This document shows positions 51,987 to 64,000 of a DNA stretch of 64,000 nucleotides, one piece after another; the stretch's first letter is position 1; every line of letters starts with the position of its first letter. Location of the stretch: positions 85,994,001 through 86,058,000 of the forward strand of contig NC_042999.1 of NCBI RefSeq assembly GCF_006345805.1. The letters run 5' to 3'. The notes below the pieces were generated by a model. It did no database searches, was not told where the DNA came from, and worked only from the letters and a program-made list of their open reading frames with translations. Source of the stretch: Octopus sinensis. Lineage: Eukaryota. The position numbers and the translations under genes were made by a program.

Positions 51987-54647
51987 ATTTATTAGTAATA
52001 AAATCCGAAATAAGTTTTTGTCAAATATCAAAATCGCTAACAAAATTTTCTGCATGAATCATGCTTCCCTCGTTTCGGATCCGTTTAGCAACGTAAACAT
52101 AATATTAGTTTTTAATAACTTCCAATAATACACCGAAAACTTAACTAGGAGGTAGAGATAATTTACTGACATGAAGTACACGAATTTTAATGGTATATAA
52201 CTGAAAAGGAAATCGTTTTAAAAACACCAACATAAACGCATGCACTCACGCATAGTTATACATATATAACATTGAACAATGTAGTTGATGCATTTCATGA
52301 CGCATCACTTATATGTCCAACATTTCGGTTATTGTGTAACGACTACTAATAAAGACTTCTTATATACATACATTATTCCTCATATGAAAATATATTTTAT
52401 TTTCATTTTATAGGGAATAAAAATTCCTCATAAATTTAGTTTGCTGTTTAAAAAAAAATAATTCATATTTCACTTATAAGAAAAACAATTAGAAATAAAT
52501 TTAGTGAATATATCCCAAGAAATAACACTACAATTCTTTCTCTTCCTTTTGTTGAGTTTCATAAAAGAGTTAATGTTACTGTATGAAATTGTTGTATCAT
52601 CCAACGACTCATTTGATCCTGAGTTTTAGGAAATAAACAACTCAGCAACAAAAGATAGGAAGTAAAGTAAAATGAATCGGGGAAGGGGGACTGCTGGGAT
52701 GAAAATCTTTATATAGAAACAAATGATATGATTAAAGGGTAAAACACAAATAAGAACAAAAGGAAGGCGGTGTTTATGAAAAGACTAAAGAAATAGAAAG
52801 GAAAATGAAGAATTGTATAGTATTGTATCGGACGTTTTCTAAAAAAAAATCTTTCTTTTTTCGGATTCGTTTGATCTATTCTCTTTTAACTTCCTGGCGA
52901 GTTAATTTGGCCGACGTCAGAAATTTGAATGGCGTTATCGAATTCATGTTTTGTTCAAGTTTTGTCATTTTTCTTTGGAGCAACTGTTAGGATGGGGAAC
53001 AGAAAAGCCTTTGTGGGCTGATCACTTCAACTTCTTGTAGATTATTCTACATTACGTTTTTCATAACTGTAGAGTTTCAAACAATTTTTATTTTATTTTT
53101 ATGTAATGCATTAAAAAATATGCCTTATTTTCATTTTCACTTTCATTTATTTTCGGTCCCTTTGAAGTCATCGTCGCTGAGACTAGTCTCTGAGTTCTTT
53201 CATGAAAAACAAAGAAAGCTAATAAAAGAATTCTAAAAAGATTCCTAATTCAGTTGAGGATTAAAAGAATAGTGTTAACTCTATTATATTTGTTTTGCGG
53301 ATTTCTTTCATCTCAAAGAGGTTAGAATTTATTGATTGAACGTTATGCTTTTTTTTTGTTTATCTGACAAAGCTGTTATTTTATTATTTACCGATAAAAA
53401 AATATTAGCCGAAATAACAAATTTAGTGAAATAAATATATTAAAAATGTTCATATTAGAGAGCAGTATTTAAAAAAAATTGGATTACACTTTAAACTATC
53501 TTTTTCATATTGGTAGAAAACATTTAAATGTTTAAAACATATAGAACATCACCTCCACCCCCCCAAAAACGAGGAAAGGTTTCCAATTAGCAATTTTATT
53601 TACAGCAAATGAAATAAAATTAGAACGAAAATGACTTGAATAGAAGAGTGCTTCACTGTTTAAGAATTTGCGAAGATTCTAATAATTGAGGATGATCTTA
53701 TGTTAAATTAGTTATTATTAAAACTAGTCTTCCTTTATTTTCCAGTGGTCATCACGCTATCTTACGATTATAGTCTCGACTGTAATCCTATTCATTGCAT
53801 AAAACTTTCATAGAAAAGTGAAGTTCATCTTTACAGTTTATGATAGGAGACCGTCAAGTTAAAACAACTAAGACCATTGCAATATCATTAGAAACATTTA
53901 GATCATTCGTTGAATAGCACATGAACAATAGACTATAAACATGCACTTGCCAGGCAAGTGATTTGATCTGAGGTGTGTTGAAACTAGAGTAATTATTGCG
54001 TGGAAAACGCATATTAGTCATTCGAAAAGTCACAAAAACTGTTTAACTTCACTTTATCATTTATCATTTGGTGTCAAGATTTTTACTGTACCGTCTCCTC
54101 CTCCTCCTGCTCCTGCTCCTACTACTACTGTTGTTGTTGATACTACCACAACTCTCATCAATTTACATAATTTGTGCGAATCTTCCCTATCGTTTCTTTT
54201 CTGTGGTCATGGACTGATAGATCCTCTTTTTTGAGGCCGTTAAAACCACTTGATTCTGCTATAATGTACAATGCCAACAGTGAAGCAAAAGTACACGAGT
54301 TCCGACCAAATTCCAAATTAACTATAACCTATTATGAACACCAGGTGATGACAACCCGAATAACTGACTTATATAAATCAGAAAGAGAAAATTATATTTT
54401 AAACTCTGAAGAACGTATACACTGATCAACAGCTTCTGCTCAGGCTAGTTGCAGTGGAACTGTTTTAGTGAGCAGGTCGTAGGTAGAGCGACGAAAATTT
54501 TGACACCAAATAATAAAGAATTGAATGACGTTAACAGTTTTTGAATATTTTTGAATGGATAAAAACGCAGGGAAATGAAATGCAGCCATCTCAAAAAAAA
54601 AAAAAAAGAATTAAGTAACTATCATGGTGTTGAGATATGTTGTAGAC

Positions 54648-55101
54648 CAGAGGTCTCCAACACCAAGTGGCGGATCAGTACCGGGCCGTGGATTATTTGG
54701 CATCGATCCGCATAGAAAAAATAAACTTTAATTCAACTCTATTTTATTGATTATCGCAGTTTGCAAGGTGTTTTTGCATTATACATCTAATATAATAAAT
54801 GCGAAAACTAATTTCTGTATGTCAGTGTCACACTTTGACCTTCTCTCTCACTATTCAATGACACTTCTACTATTGCTCATGTTGGGGTGAGAGTAATGAT
54901 AGGCAGAGAGACAGTGAGGGCGGTGGCGAAGATAGATAGATAGATAGAGAGGAAGAGAAAGAAAAAGAAAGAGAGGGAGAGAGAGAGAGAAAAGAAAAGG
55001 AGAGAGAAAGAGAGAGAGAAAGAGAGACAAAGAAATTTAGGGAGGGTTGATGATGTTTTATTAGAAGTAGTATTGTTGATGGTGACAGAGGGAGTAATAA
55101 T

Positions 55102-55141
<40 letters not shown>

Positions 55142-55809
55142 ATGTGAGAGAAAGAAGGACTGAACACTGAACCAACATACTGAACTAGCATACTGAACGA
55201 ACATTATACACACATTTAACTTTTTTGTAATGGTAATGGGGTGATAGTAATAATATGAACTATAGTTGTGATAGAGGCGGAGGCGGCAGTGATGGTGGTG
55301 GTGGTAGCCAAAGCGGTCAGGGATGACGATGAGAGCAGCAATGTGAAAGCCAGTGGTGATGGTGGTGGAGGGGAAGGCAGCTAAGTCAAAGGTATTGATG
55401 GTGGTGGCGTCAGAAGTCTGAATGGTGTGTGTATGGCAGAAGTGGTGGCGATGGTGGTTGTACTGTTGTTTATCATGCAGCTTTGTAATAAGTTCCAAGT
55501 TAACAAATTATATCATTGTTTTGATGAAAAGTGTTCATTGCTTGAAAAATATTAAGTTTGATAAAATTTAATATGCACTCTATGCATGAAGTGTCATTGT
55601 TGGGTCCAAGGCCTAATGAAGAGCCTTCCACAGGAGCTAGCTTTTATGCTAGTATATTATATATGTAATATATATGTATTGAATGTATAATAATTAAATT
55701 ATATGTTTTTCACTTTATTGTGTTTTGTTGAGCCTAAGATTCCCCGATTCGTAGAAAAACTGTCTTGCATGAAATCAAATCGTGGTACAAAAATGGTTGA
55801 GAATCGCTG
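54648..55809. mobile_element. Possible old hAT-type non-autonomous element
   Basis: Ends cagaggtctccaac / ggttgagaatcgctg; flanks ttgtagac / gtgtagat (6/8 match). The interior is low-complexity. Confidence 0.45.
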
Positions 55810-56510
55810 GTGTAGATAGCTATCAATAAGCATAGCATAAGTCTAAGAAAAAAGACTTTGATATTTATTAACTTAGGGATCCCATTCGTTATTTTAAGAT
55901 AGATGACAGTAGTCATTTGAGTCTTTAAGAAAAAAGAAAAAAATTCCTAATGTATAAGAAAAAATGGATAAAATTTTTGAGTGAGCAATATCAGAGAATG
56001 TTAGATTCAACTATAAAAGAGAGTAACTCAAATTCTATGATAACTATTGTTGTATGGGGAAATATACATTAGAAGTAGTTTTGTAAATATCTCAGACGAT
56101 GTGCAACAAAATTCCACCAAAACTTTAAAAACTTTTGGTACGGAAAGTACGCGTCAAAATGGATGCATAGAAAACTTCAACAAATAGATAGAAAATTGCA
56201 GGAGCTTGTTAGTAATTGCAAGAGATTAAGGCAAAGATTCAGGCACCGAGAAGAACAGCCCTGGACTCCAAACAGCCAGAAATCCGGACTAAATGCTGTA
56301 AAAAAACAACAGCAACAGTAACAACAATAACCGTAATCATCGCACTTGTAACAGATGTAATGAGAACTCGGAAAAATTCGAGAGGTAGGAGATATTAGTA
56401 AGGTTGTATGTAGTAGTAGTAGTAGTAGTAGTAACAATAATTATGATAAATACAAGAACTGGACCGTTCTGCCTTCTGTAAATACTTGGACATAGAGGAA
56501 CTATATCTAT

Positions 56511-56939
56511 GGAAGCTGTGTGTATAGAGGCTGTGTATATGGTAGCTGTGTGTAGGAAAGTTGTATATATGAAAGTTGTGTGTATGGAAGCTGTGTGTAT
56601 GGAGGCTGTATATACGAGGTTGTGTATATGAAAGCTTTATAAATGGAAGCTGCGTGTATGGAAGCTATGAATATGGAATCTGTGAGTATGGAAGCTGTAT
56701 GTATAAAAGCCGTACGTATGAAAACTGTATGTATGGAAGCTGTATGTACGAAAACTGTGTATATGGAATCTTTAAGCATGGATTTGTATGTAAGGAAGCT
56801 ATATGTTTGGAAGCTACACGGAAGTTATATGTATGGAAGGTGTATATATGAAAGCTAGGTGAATGGACGCTGTAGGTATGTAAGCTGTGTGTATGGAAGC
56901 CGTACGTATGGAAGTTGAGTGTATGAAAGCTGTGTGAGT
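56511..56939. repeat. 15-bp minisatellite, ~29 degenerate units (consensus ggaagctgtgtgtat)
   Basis: Direct reading of the period. Confidence 0.9.
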
Positions 56940-58236
56940 CATGAATAATCTCACAAAGTTAAAAAAAAAGAATTGAAACTCGTCTCAATAGAAAGAATGC
57001 CATCTGTGCCATTAAGACATTTGCAGTACCAGCCATAACATATGTTTATCAGACCTAGATTCCATGGACCGTAGCTTATAAAATATAAAAATATTAGAAT
57101 ATATTATATAATAATTTTGACATTCAACGATTACACATCCCAAGTAATGACAGCAGTAGCGCACTGTTGAGTGCTAGGGAATAGTTTAAGAAGTTGAGAA
57201 CCACTGGTTTAGACGAACAAATACAACTCTAATAGGGTGCTAGAAGCAACAATATTTGCCACACAGGAGCTGGCTATCATCACTAAACATACTGAAAAGA
57301 ATATCTGCGTATCCTACAACAAGTGAAAATGTTGCATTTATGATTTATTTTCTGAAACAATGTACCACATTGTAATAGGATGTAGGATGTACTGTACTGA
57401 CTTTGATGACATGTAACTTGGATACACAACAACGAAGTTAAGTCACGCTACATGTGACTGAACACCCAGTTTCAACTCTTTCGAGAAAAAGATCTGTGGA
57501 GCTTATTATGAAACTTATAATTAGCATGCGAAAACAACATGGAAAATTAGCAATGCACTGAATATTACGTAATAAACCTGACAATTTTTTCAAAACATAG
57601 GCGACAGCAGTGTACTTGACTAAAGATATAGGAACACTAAATGACTACGTTATATAAAAGTGAGCTGAAAAGCCAAGGAAAGAAAAAAAACACGATTTAG
57701 CTGTTGAATAAAAAGTGGTCCTGTTTGTAATTGGTAAAACTGAATTAAATGCAAACATTTCTGCGAAGAGGGTGATCGTTACGTGTAATGATAAGACGAA
57801 AGCTCGTTAAAAAAATAATATTATTAGGCTCTGCAAATATTGTTAGGTCATTTTCACACAACATATGTTGACATTAAAGATTTTTATGCAAGTTTTCTAA
57901 GATAATTTTTTTTATCTAAAAGACTCCCATAAAACCAAAACTCGTACTTATCTCAAACCTTGAAAATAATTATAATGAAAATTGTTTCACATTTGGGCAC
58001 TAGGGGGAGTGGGAAAGTCTATAAGAAGGAATAACTGGATGTGCTTATTCTAATACATTGGTTGTAGGTTCGTCAGCAATACAGTAACTTATTTAACTAT
58101 CTATATATCTCTAACACAATGTTTCCATTCGTCGGAACGGCTAAACATTTTATTGATATGCTCTGTAGTACATAATAGCAATATAAGCGCGTACACACAC
58201 ACACGCACACGCACAGACACAAACACACACACACAC

Positions 58237-58617
58237 ATACGACGGGGTTCTTTCAGTTTCAGTCAATCAAATTCACTCTCAAAGATTCATGTCCGGTAAG
58301 TTCACCGTCATCAATTCACCGCAAGGTAAGTTCACCGCTATCAATTCGCCATTTCTGTTTCAATAAAATAGTATTTTAACTATTAATGGTGAGATACTAT
58401 GGATGTATTTTCTTAGTAAACTTTTCTCACGGTGAACTATCTTCACGGTGAACTTTTTTCAGGGCGAACTGATGGCGGTGAACTTACTTCACGGTTAACT
58501 GATGGCGGTGAACTTTCCCTGTGGTTAACTTATCTGTAATCCAAAAATTTGGTCAGCCCATGGTGCCACGCAGTGGGACTGAACGCGGAACCCACGTGGT
58601 TGGGAAGCACACAGCCA
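58237..58617 (-). mobile_element. CORE-like SINE family B 5' half, split by a MITE
   Basis: cgacggggttctttcagtttc..aattcactctcaa and tttggtcagccca..tgccacgcagtgggactgaac are contiguous in intact copies. Confidence 0.7.
58284..58542. mobile_element. Fold-back MITE with ~15-bp subterminal repeats
   Basis: Left arm repeats (a/g)ttcaccg, right arm repeats cggtgaact, with an AT-rich centre. Confidence 0.7.
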
Positions 58618-58754
58618 CGTCTCTCTGTCTTTCGTCTCTCTCTCTTTCTCTCTCTGTCTTTCGTCTCTCTCTCTTTCTCTCTCTGTCTTTCTCTCTCTCT
58701 CTTTCTCCCTCGCTCCCCTCTCTCAGTACGTATAAATAAATAAAAAAATATATA

Positions 58755-58811
<57 letters not shown>

Positions 58812-58821
58812 TATATATATA

Positions 58822-59187
58822 CTAGCAGTATCGCCCGGCGTTGCTCGGGTTTGTAAGGGAAATAACTATAAAGCATTTTTAGAGAGTTATAGCCAAAAAA
58901 TAGCAAAAAAATGGGGAAAAAAATGATGGTAAATTTTTTTTGACAGTTAAAAAGGTCGAGTTGCGTCCCCTAGACAATCTGTGGTTTGTGTTTCTGATTG
59001 TCGACCCATGTCGAATTTATCGATCTTTTCAGAACTGGGGGAACTTTTCAAAATTTTCGCTGCGTTAGTTTTGAATTATGACATTGGGCTATGTGTGTGT
59101 CAAGTTTCATCAGAATCGGTTGAAAGCCGTGGTCAGAGTGAGGGTACAAGCAAACAGACACACAGAAACACACATAGACAAACTGCC

Positions 59188-59190
<3 letters not shown>
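58822..59190 (-). mobile_element. Non-autonomous Helitron-like element, second copy, within (TA)n
   Basis: Highly similar to 10347-10733; 3' hairpin cccgagcaacgccggg plus CTAG. Confidence 0.85.
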
Positions 59191-59239
<49 letters not shown>

Positions 59240-59646
59240 TGAGCAATAACTGAACGTCACGCATCCTGACTTTTGTTAATAGTAAGTTTTTATATATTTT
59301 TTTGCGACTCTATCTTCTTTCTTTCTCCTTCGTCTTCATATTCCTTTTCTAGCATTCCAACTTCCTCTCTTCTCTCTCGTCCTCTCACTCATAATTGTAG
59401 ACTTTCTCCCTTCCTTCCCTGTTCTCTCTGCCGCTCTCACTCTCCCCCTGTTTCATCCTCCTTCCCCTCTATCTACTGCCCATACATAACCCGTGACTAA
59501 TTTTCCCACCTCTCTGTCTTTCGCCACCGGACGCTTACCTTGCCAGTCAACATCTAACACTTCGCTTGCTATTTCTCTTTCTATAGCCATTCAGGATTTC
59601 TTCCATGCGTTACCCATCATTCCCGTCTGCTTGGCCGAAAGACCGT

Positions 59647-59832
59647 ATTTCTTTTCTACTCTAGGCACAAGGCCCGAAATTTTTGTGGAGGAGGCCAGTC
59701 GATTAGATCGACCCCAGTGCGCAACTGGTACTTAATTTATCGACTCTAGGATAAAAGGTAAAGTCGACTTAGGCGGAATTTGAATTCAGAACGTAAAGAC
59801 TGACGAAATACCGCTAAGCATTTCGTCCGGCG
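59647..59832 (-). mobile_element. SINE family A, 5'-truncated
   Basis: Family body and tail ccttgtgcctagagtagaaaagaa. Confidence 0.78.
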
Positions 59833-59846
59833 GCCAATTGTTTTTT

Positions 59847-61233
59847 TTAGTAGTTCTTGTCAACTCTGCTGTTCCAAAGACACAAAAAGCACATATGCTC
59901 TGTGTAACCCAACTGCAACCCAAAAAGTAATGATACAACTTTAAGGTCACCACAAATATTACATATGTGGTCCTTATATTTGTTAAGTCTTAGCAGCAGT
60001 TCCATTGATTCATAAGTTTCATTAAGGCCAGTGGCATGTGTTACAAGTATTGAAAGTTTTTCATTGCCATTGTGCAGTAATATATATTTATTTATTGCCC
60101 ACATGGGGCTAAACGTAGAGGAGACAAACATGGACAAAGGGATTAATTCGATTAGATCGACCCCAGTGCGTAACTGATACTTATTTAATCGACCTCGAAA
60201 GGATGAAAGGAAAAGGCGACCTCGGCAGAATTTGAACTCAGAATGTAACGGCAGACGAAATACCTATTTCTTTACTACCCACAAGGGGCTAAACACAGAG
60301 AGGATAAACAAGGACAGACAAACGGATTAAGTCAATTATATCGACCCCAGTGCGTAACTGGTTCTTAATTTATCGACCCCGAAAGGATGAAAGGCAAAGT
60401 CGATCTCGGCAGAATTTGAACTCAGAACGTAACGGCAGACGATATACCGCTAAGCTTTTCACCCGGCGTGCTAACGATTCTGCTAGCTCACCGCTCTTGT
60501 CCATTAAATATTGTGCAGTAATATAGCTTTAAAGCTAGGTTTACTAGAGTCAATGAATAGTCTCCATTCTTTTGGCCAATCCTTTCCACCAGGCCACTGA
60601 TAACTTAGCAGAAACGATCGTTTTCCTCCTTTAAGTAAAATGATGAAAACTGCAGATGGCGATGGCAGAAATGGGAAATTTTGGTGCTTGGCTGGAGAAA
60701 ATTCTATTCTTGAAGCTAGGAACCAAGCAACACTGCCTTTTATTTTAGAAATTCCAAGTTGAGCACTAGTCATTTAACATCCGTTTGACTTAACAAATGT
60801 GGGGAACTAGTTGCATCTGGAACATATACGCCATATTTCCTATTTCTATATAACTAACAAAATCTTTAGATCAATTGCTGTTTTCAACAACCTCTCTACT
60901 AGACTATTACGTAGCGACCGACCGTTGGGCCGTTACTATGCCCTTATCTCAGTATTGCCAACTCGGAATAAATTTTATTGATCAGAATCGTTAGAATTTG
61001 TATATAATTAGCAGACAAAAATTGCTTTAACCTTGAAAAGAAAGTTACATATTACTGGCATTAAGCCGATTAAAACCAAAATCTGGACGTGGTAGGAAAT
61101 TTACTAGTAATTTGCATTTTACACAAAATCTAGACGTGATATACAAAAATCCAATTATAGATTTGAAATCAGTATACCAAAATTAGCTAGGAACACCTAT
61201 TAGGTCATCTGTAACAAAATCTATGTTTCCTAG
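59847..61233 (-). pseudogene. Decayed Chapaev3-like (CMC) DNA transposon
   Basis: EWRLFIDSSKPSFKAILLHN joins, across the SINE, to NGNEKLSILVTHATGLNETYESM..ICGDLKVVSLLFGLQLGYTEHMCFLCLWNSR. A terminal-type sequence lies at 61080-61233. The family name is from recall. Confidence 0.62.
60085..60494 (-). mobile_element. SINE family A dimer bounded by a single 16-bp TSD
   Basis: attgtgcagtaatata at 60069-60084 and 60510-60525; junction gaaatac|ctatttc at about 60263. Confidence 0.9.
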
Positions 61234-61894
61234 TTTAATTAGTTTTTAGCAATTGAACTCGATGTAGATAAAGCTAAAATGATAGCCTGTAAATGATAGC
61301 CTGTAAAAAGACGAATTATTATTTCAGTAACCAATAGCCAATAATTAAATCAATTACCAATCACATCATTGGATGACAATATTTCGAGATGGTCATCTGA
61401 TGTGGTTATCAGTAATCGATTTTAATAATTCGCTTCCTGTTTTTGTTCTTTTAAACTACGTAAGTCTTTTGTCACTCCATAATAGCTTTGGTCCGTAATG
61501 GCATTTATTGATCGTATTACAATGTATTAGTGCTTAACAGCTAAAATGGGGCTCTAAGTTTCAATGGTAAATGGTTGCACATTCAGCGCATCAGTAACGA
61601 CACACACACACATGTATCTGGGAAATGTATTTGCCAGTCACTAACGAAATCCTACTCAGAATTGGCTACGAAAATATTGTATATAAAAGTAATATGTTTA
61701 CATCTGTCTATACAAACAGTACCGGCTAAAATCTAATCTACAGATATACTGCACAGTACATCAGTGCATTCTTTCATACATACATAATACACTCATAAAT
61801 CACATCAAACAAATCATATACAAAATATATATATCACCTCAACTAAATAAATCAAATCAAAAGCTTGGTATGGAGTACCAACAAGTTTACGACA

Positions 61895-62520
61895 TAACAT
61901 TTTGAAGACTACTTCCATACAATTCAAGAACAAGAGATCCCCACCGAGTTCTTGCAGCATAAAAGACAGAAAACATAATAGAAAACATTGACAGAAACGA
62001 ATGTTAGCTGTGTAAAACTAAGAGTGAAAACATCAACCATATTAATGCCAAAAGTAAGAGAATGTCTTCTAGAACATTCTGGAACAAGAAAGAAAACATA
62101 AGAGAAAAATAACAGACGAAGTAGACTATATTGAGCCTGATGGGTCAAAATAATATTGGTGGAACTTAAAAATTAATACAACCACTAAATTAAAAGACAA
62201 CCGGGCAGATATTGTTGTGTGGGCCCACAAGAAGGAACACGTTCTCTTGTGGAAATCAGTTCTGGACACCGATGTGGTCAGTAAAATACAATAGAAAGAG
62301 AACATTTATTGACCATTGATAAGTAGTTTGCAAATCCAGTACCCAAGTTACACTTTCAGATTTATACCAATTATTATTGGAGCAACAAGATAAGAACTAA
62401 CTGCCCGGAGCAAAGTTTGGTCGAACTTCGGTTACTGAAGAGAGAATGCAACATCTCAATTCATAGACTACAAACGACCATAATATCTAGGGCAATAAAA
62501 ATCTGTAAGTTTCTTATGAT
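61895..62520 (+). pseudogene. 3' remnant of an R4/Dong-like non-LTR retrotransposon (zinc knuckle + REL endonuclease)
   Basis: HFEDYFHTIQEQEI, C*LCKTKSENINHI, YWWNLKI..DNRADIVVW..LVEIS and KENIY*PLISSLQIQYPSYTFRFIPIIIGA. Confidence 0.7.
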
Positions 62521-63861
62521 TTAAGGGATGATGAACAAAAGAAGATACTTTCCTTCACAAACTTGCTACGAAGCAGGTGGGCGGTTAGATTTAATTCTGA
62601 ATTTAAAAGGGAAAAAGAACATACATACATATATTGATAGATTCATACATGCGCACTCATACACATATACAGAGACACGTGGACACGTACATATATATAT
62701 ATGTACACACACACACACACACACACATAACATATATATATATATATTTATACCTATTGCATATAAATGTATGTATACACACACATATATACACGTGTGT
62801 ACACACACGCACACATATATACACACATACATATATATATATAATATACACACAAATACACACAACATGTACATGCATACCCGCACACATATATACTAAC
62901 ATATATGTAGCTATATGATATATATTCTATGCATAGTTACACATGTAACATAATACATGTACACATATACATGTCTATGTATGCATGCATGCATGCTTGT
63001 ATGTATGAATGTATATGCTAGATAGGTATGAGGTTGCCGATGTATTTATTTTTTAGTGTCAGAAGGAGCTGCAGAAGAGAAGGGTGTATATATATACTGT
63101 TAGTCTGATCAGGGGTTAACCATAAAGATATTCATTTTCAATGTGTTTAACTATATAGCAAACACGTACCCTTTGAAAATGTGGGTAGTTTTGCGCCACC
63201 CATAAGTTTGTAATGAATGGGTTTCTCTGAATAGATCGTGTAACCGAATCTTGTCAGAGGTCATGACCCTTGATAGCTTTAGAGAGCAAACAGAGAGGTA
63301 GAAAAAGAAATTTTAGATGTCAATAGTAAAAAAAGAAACACACACAAAATATCTATAATAGCCCCATAACAACAACAACAACAACTACAAAACAACAAAA
63401 GGAATAAAGTTTTAAAGGCAAGAAAAGGAAGTTAGTCTGGTAGTTGAATCCAGAGAATACTTTCAAGGCATAAAGAAAAATAAAAGGAGGAAAAAAAAAA
63501 CCCAAGCAAAACACATTGTGAGTATGCTAAAACTGTTTCCGTAACGGCTCCTTCCCCTTCCAATGTTTTTAAATGTTTGTTTGACTTGATTTCATTTCTT
63601 ATTTACTCTAAAGTCAAGGCACTTAATGACTAAGAATAAGTTATCACTTTAAATCACGTCATACTTTCAATAAAAAAACTAAAAAAAAAAAGTTTATCGT
63701 TTTCCTTATACATTAGTGCTGACCCCAACATCCTAACCTACATCTAAAAACAAAGAAGCAGTCAGATCCTTCATACCTGTCACGTGATAAAACTACAAAT
63801 AATAGTATTTTTCACTCGGGTTTCCGGTATATTTGGTGCTGATAAATATCTTAGTGACAGA

Positions 63862-63961
63862 NNNNNNNNNNNNNNNNNNNNNNNNNNNNNNNNNNNNNNN
63901 NNNNNNNNNNNNNNNNNNNNNNNNNNNNNNNNNNNNNNNNNNNNNNNNNNNNNNNNNNNNN
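63862..63961. other. Assembly gap (100 N)
   Basis: Direct reading. Confidence 1.
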
Positions 63962-64000
63962 AAAAGCAGAATAAGAACAGGAAAAGCAGTTTTAGAGTTT

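Overview
AT-rich, microsatellite-dense animal genomic DNA. The repeat families suggest an octopod cephalopod, which is an inference from recognition rather than a database result. The only clear host coding sequence is the last coding exon of a Wnt5-type gene on the minus strand (31908-32369). No earlier Wnt exon is visible, so 32370-64000 is probably one long intron. The rest is several tRNA-derived SINE families (some with clear target-site duplications), decayed DNA transposons (mariner, maT-like, hAT, Chapaev3-like, Helitron-like, MITEs), LINE remnants (CRE-, R4/Dong- and CR1-like), simple repeats and a 100-N gap. Two patterns stand out. (1) About ten minimal type-I hammerhead-ribozyme motifs from several unrelated short elements, often next to (TA)n/(CA)n tracts and often with a fold-back inverted copy. 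These resemble Penelope-like pseudo-LTR derivatives, and they include a compensatory U3-A8 core in two families. (2) SINE multimers that join at the same nucleotide in all four junctions, where the SINE 3' end is the reverse complement of the internal join site. Structures were read by eye, with no folding or database search. Most ORFs in the track are microsatellite artefacts.
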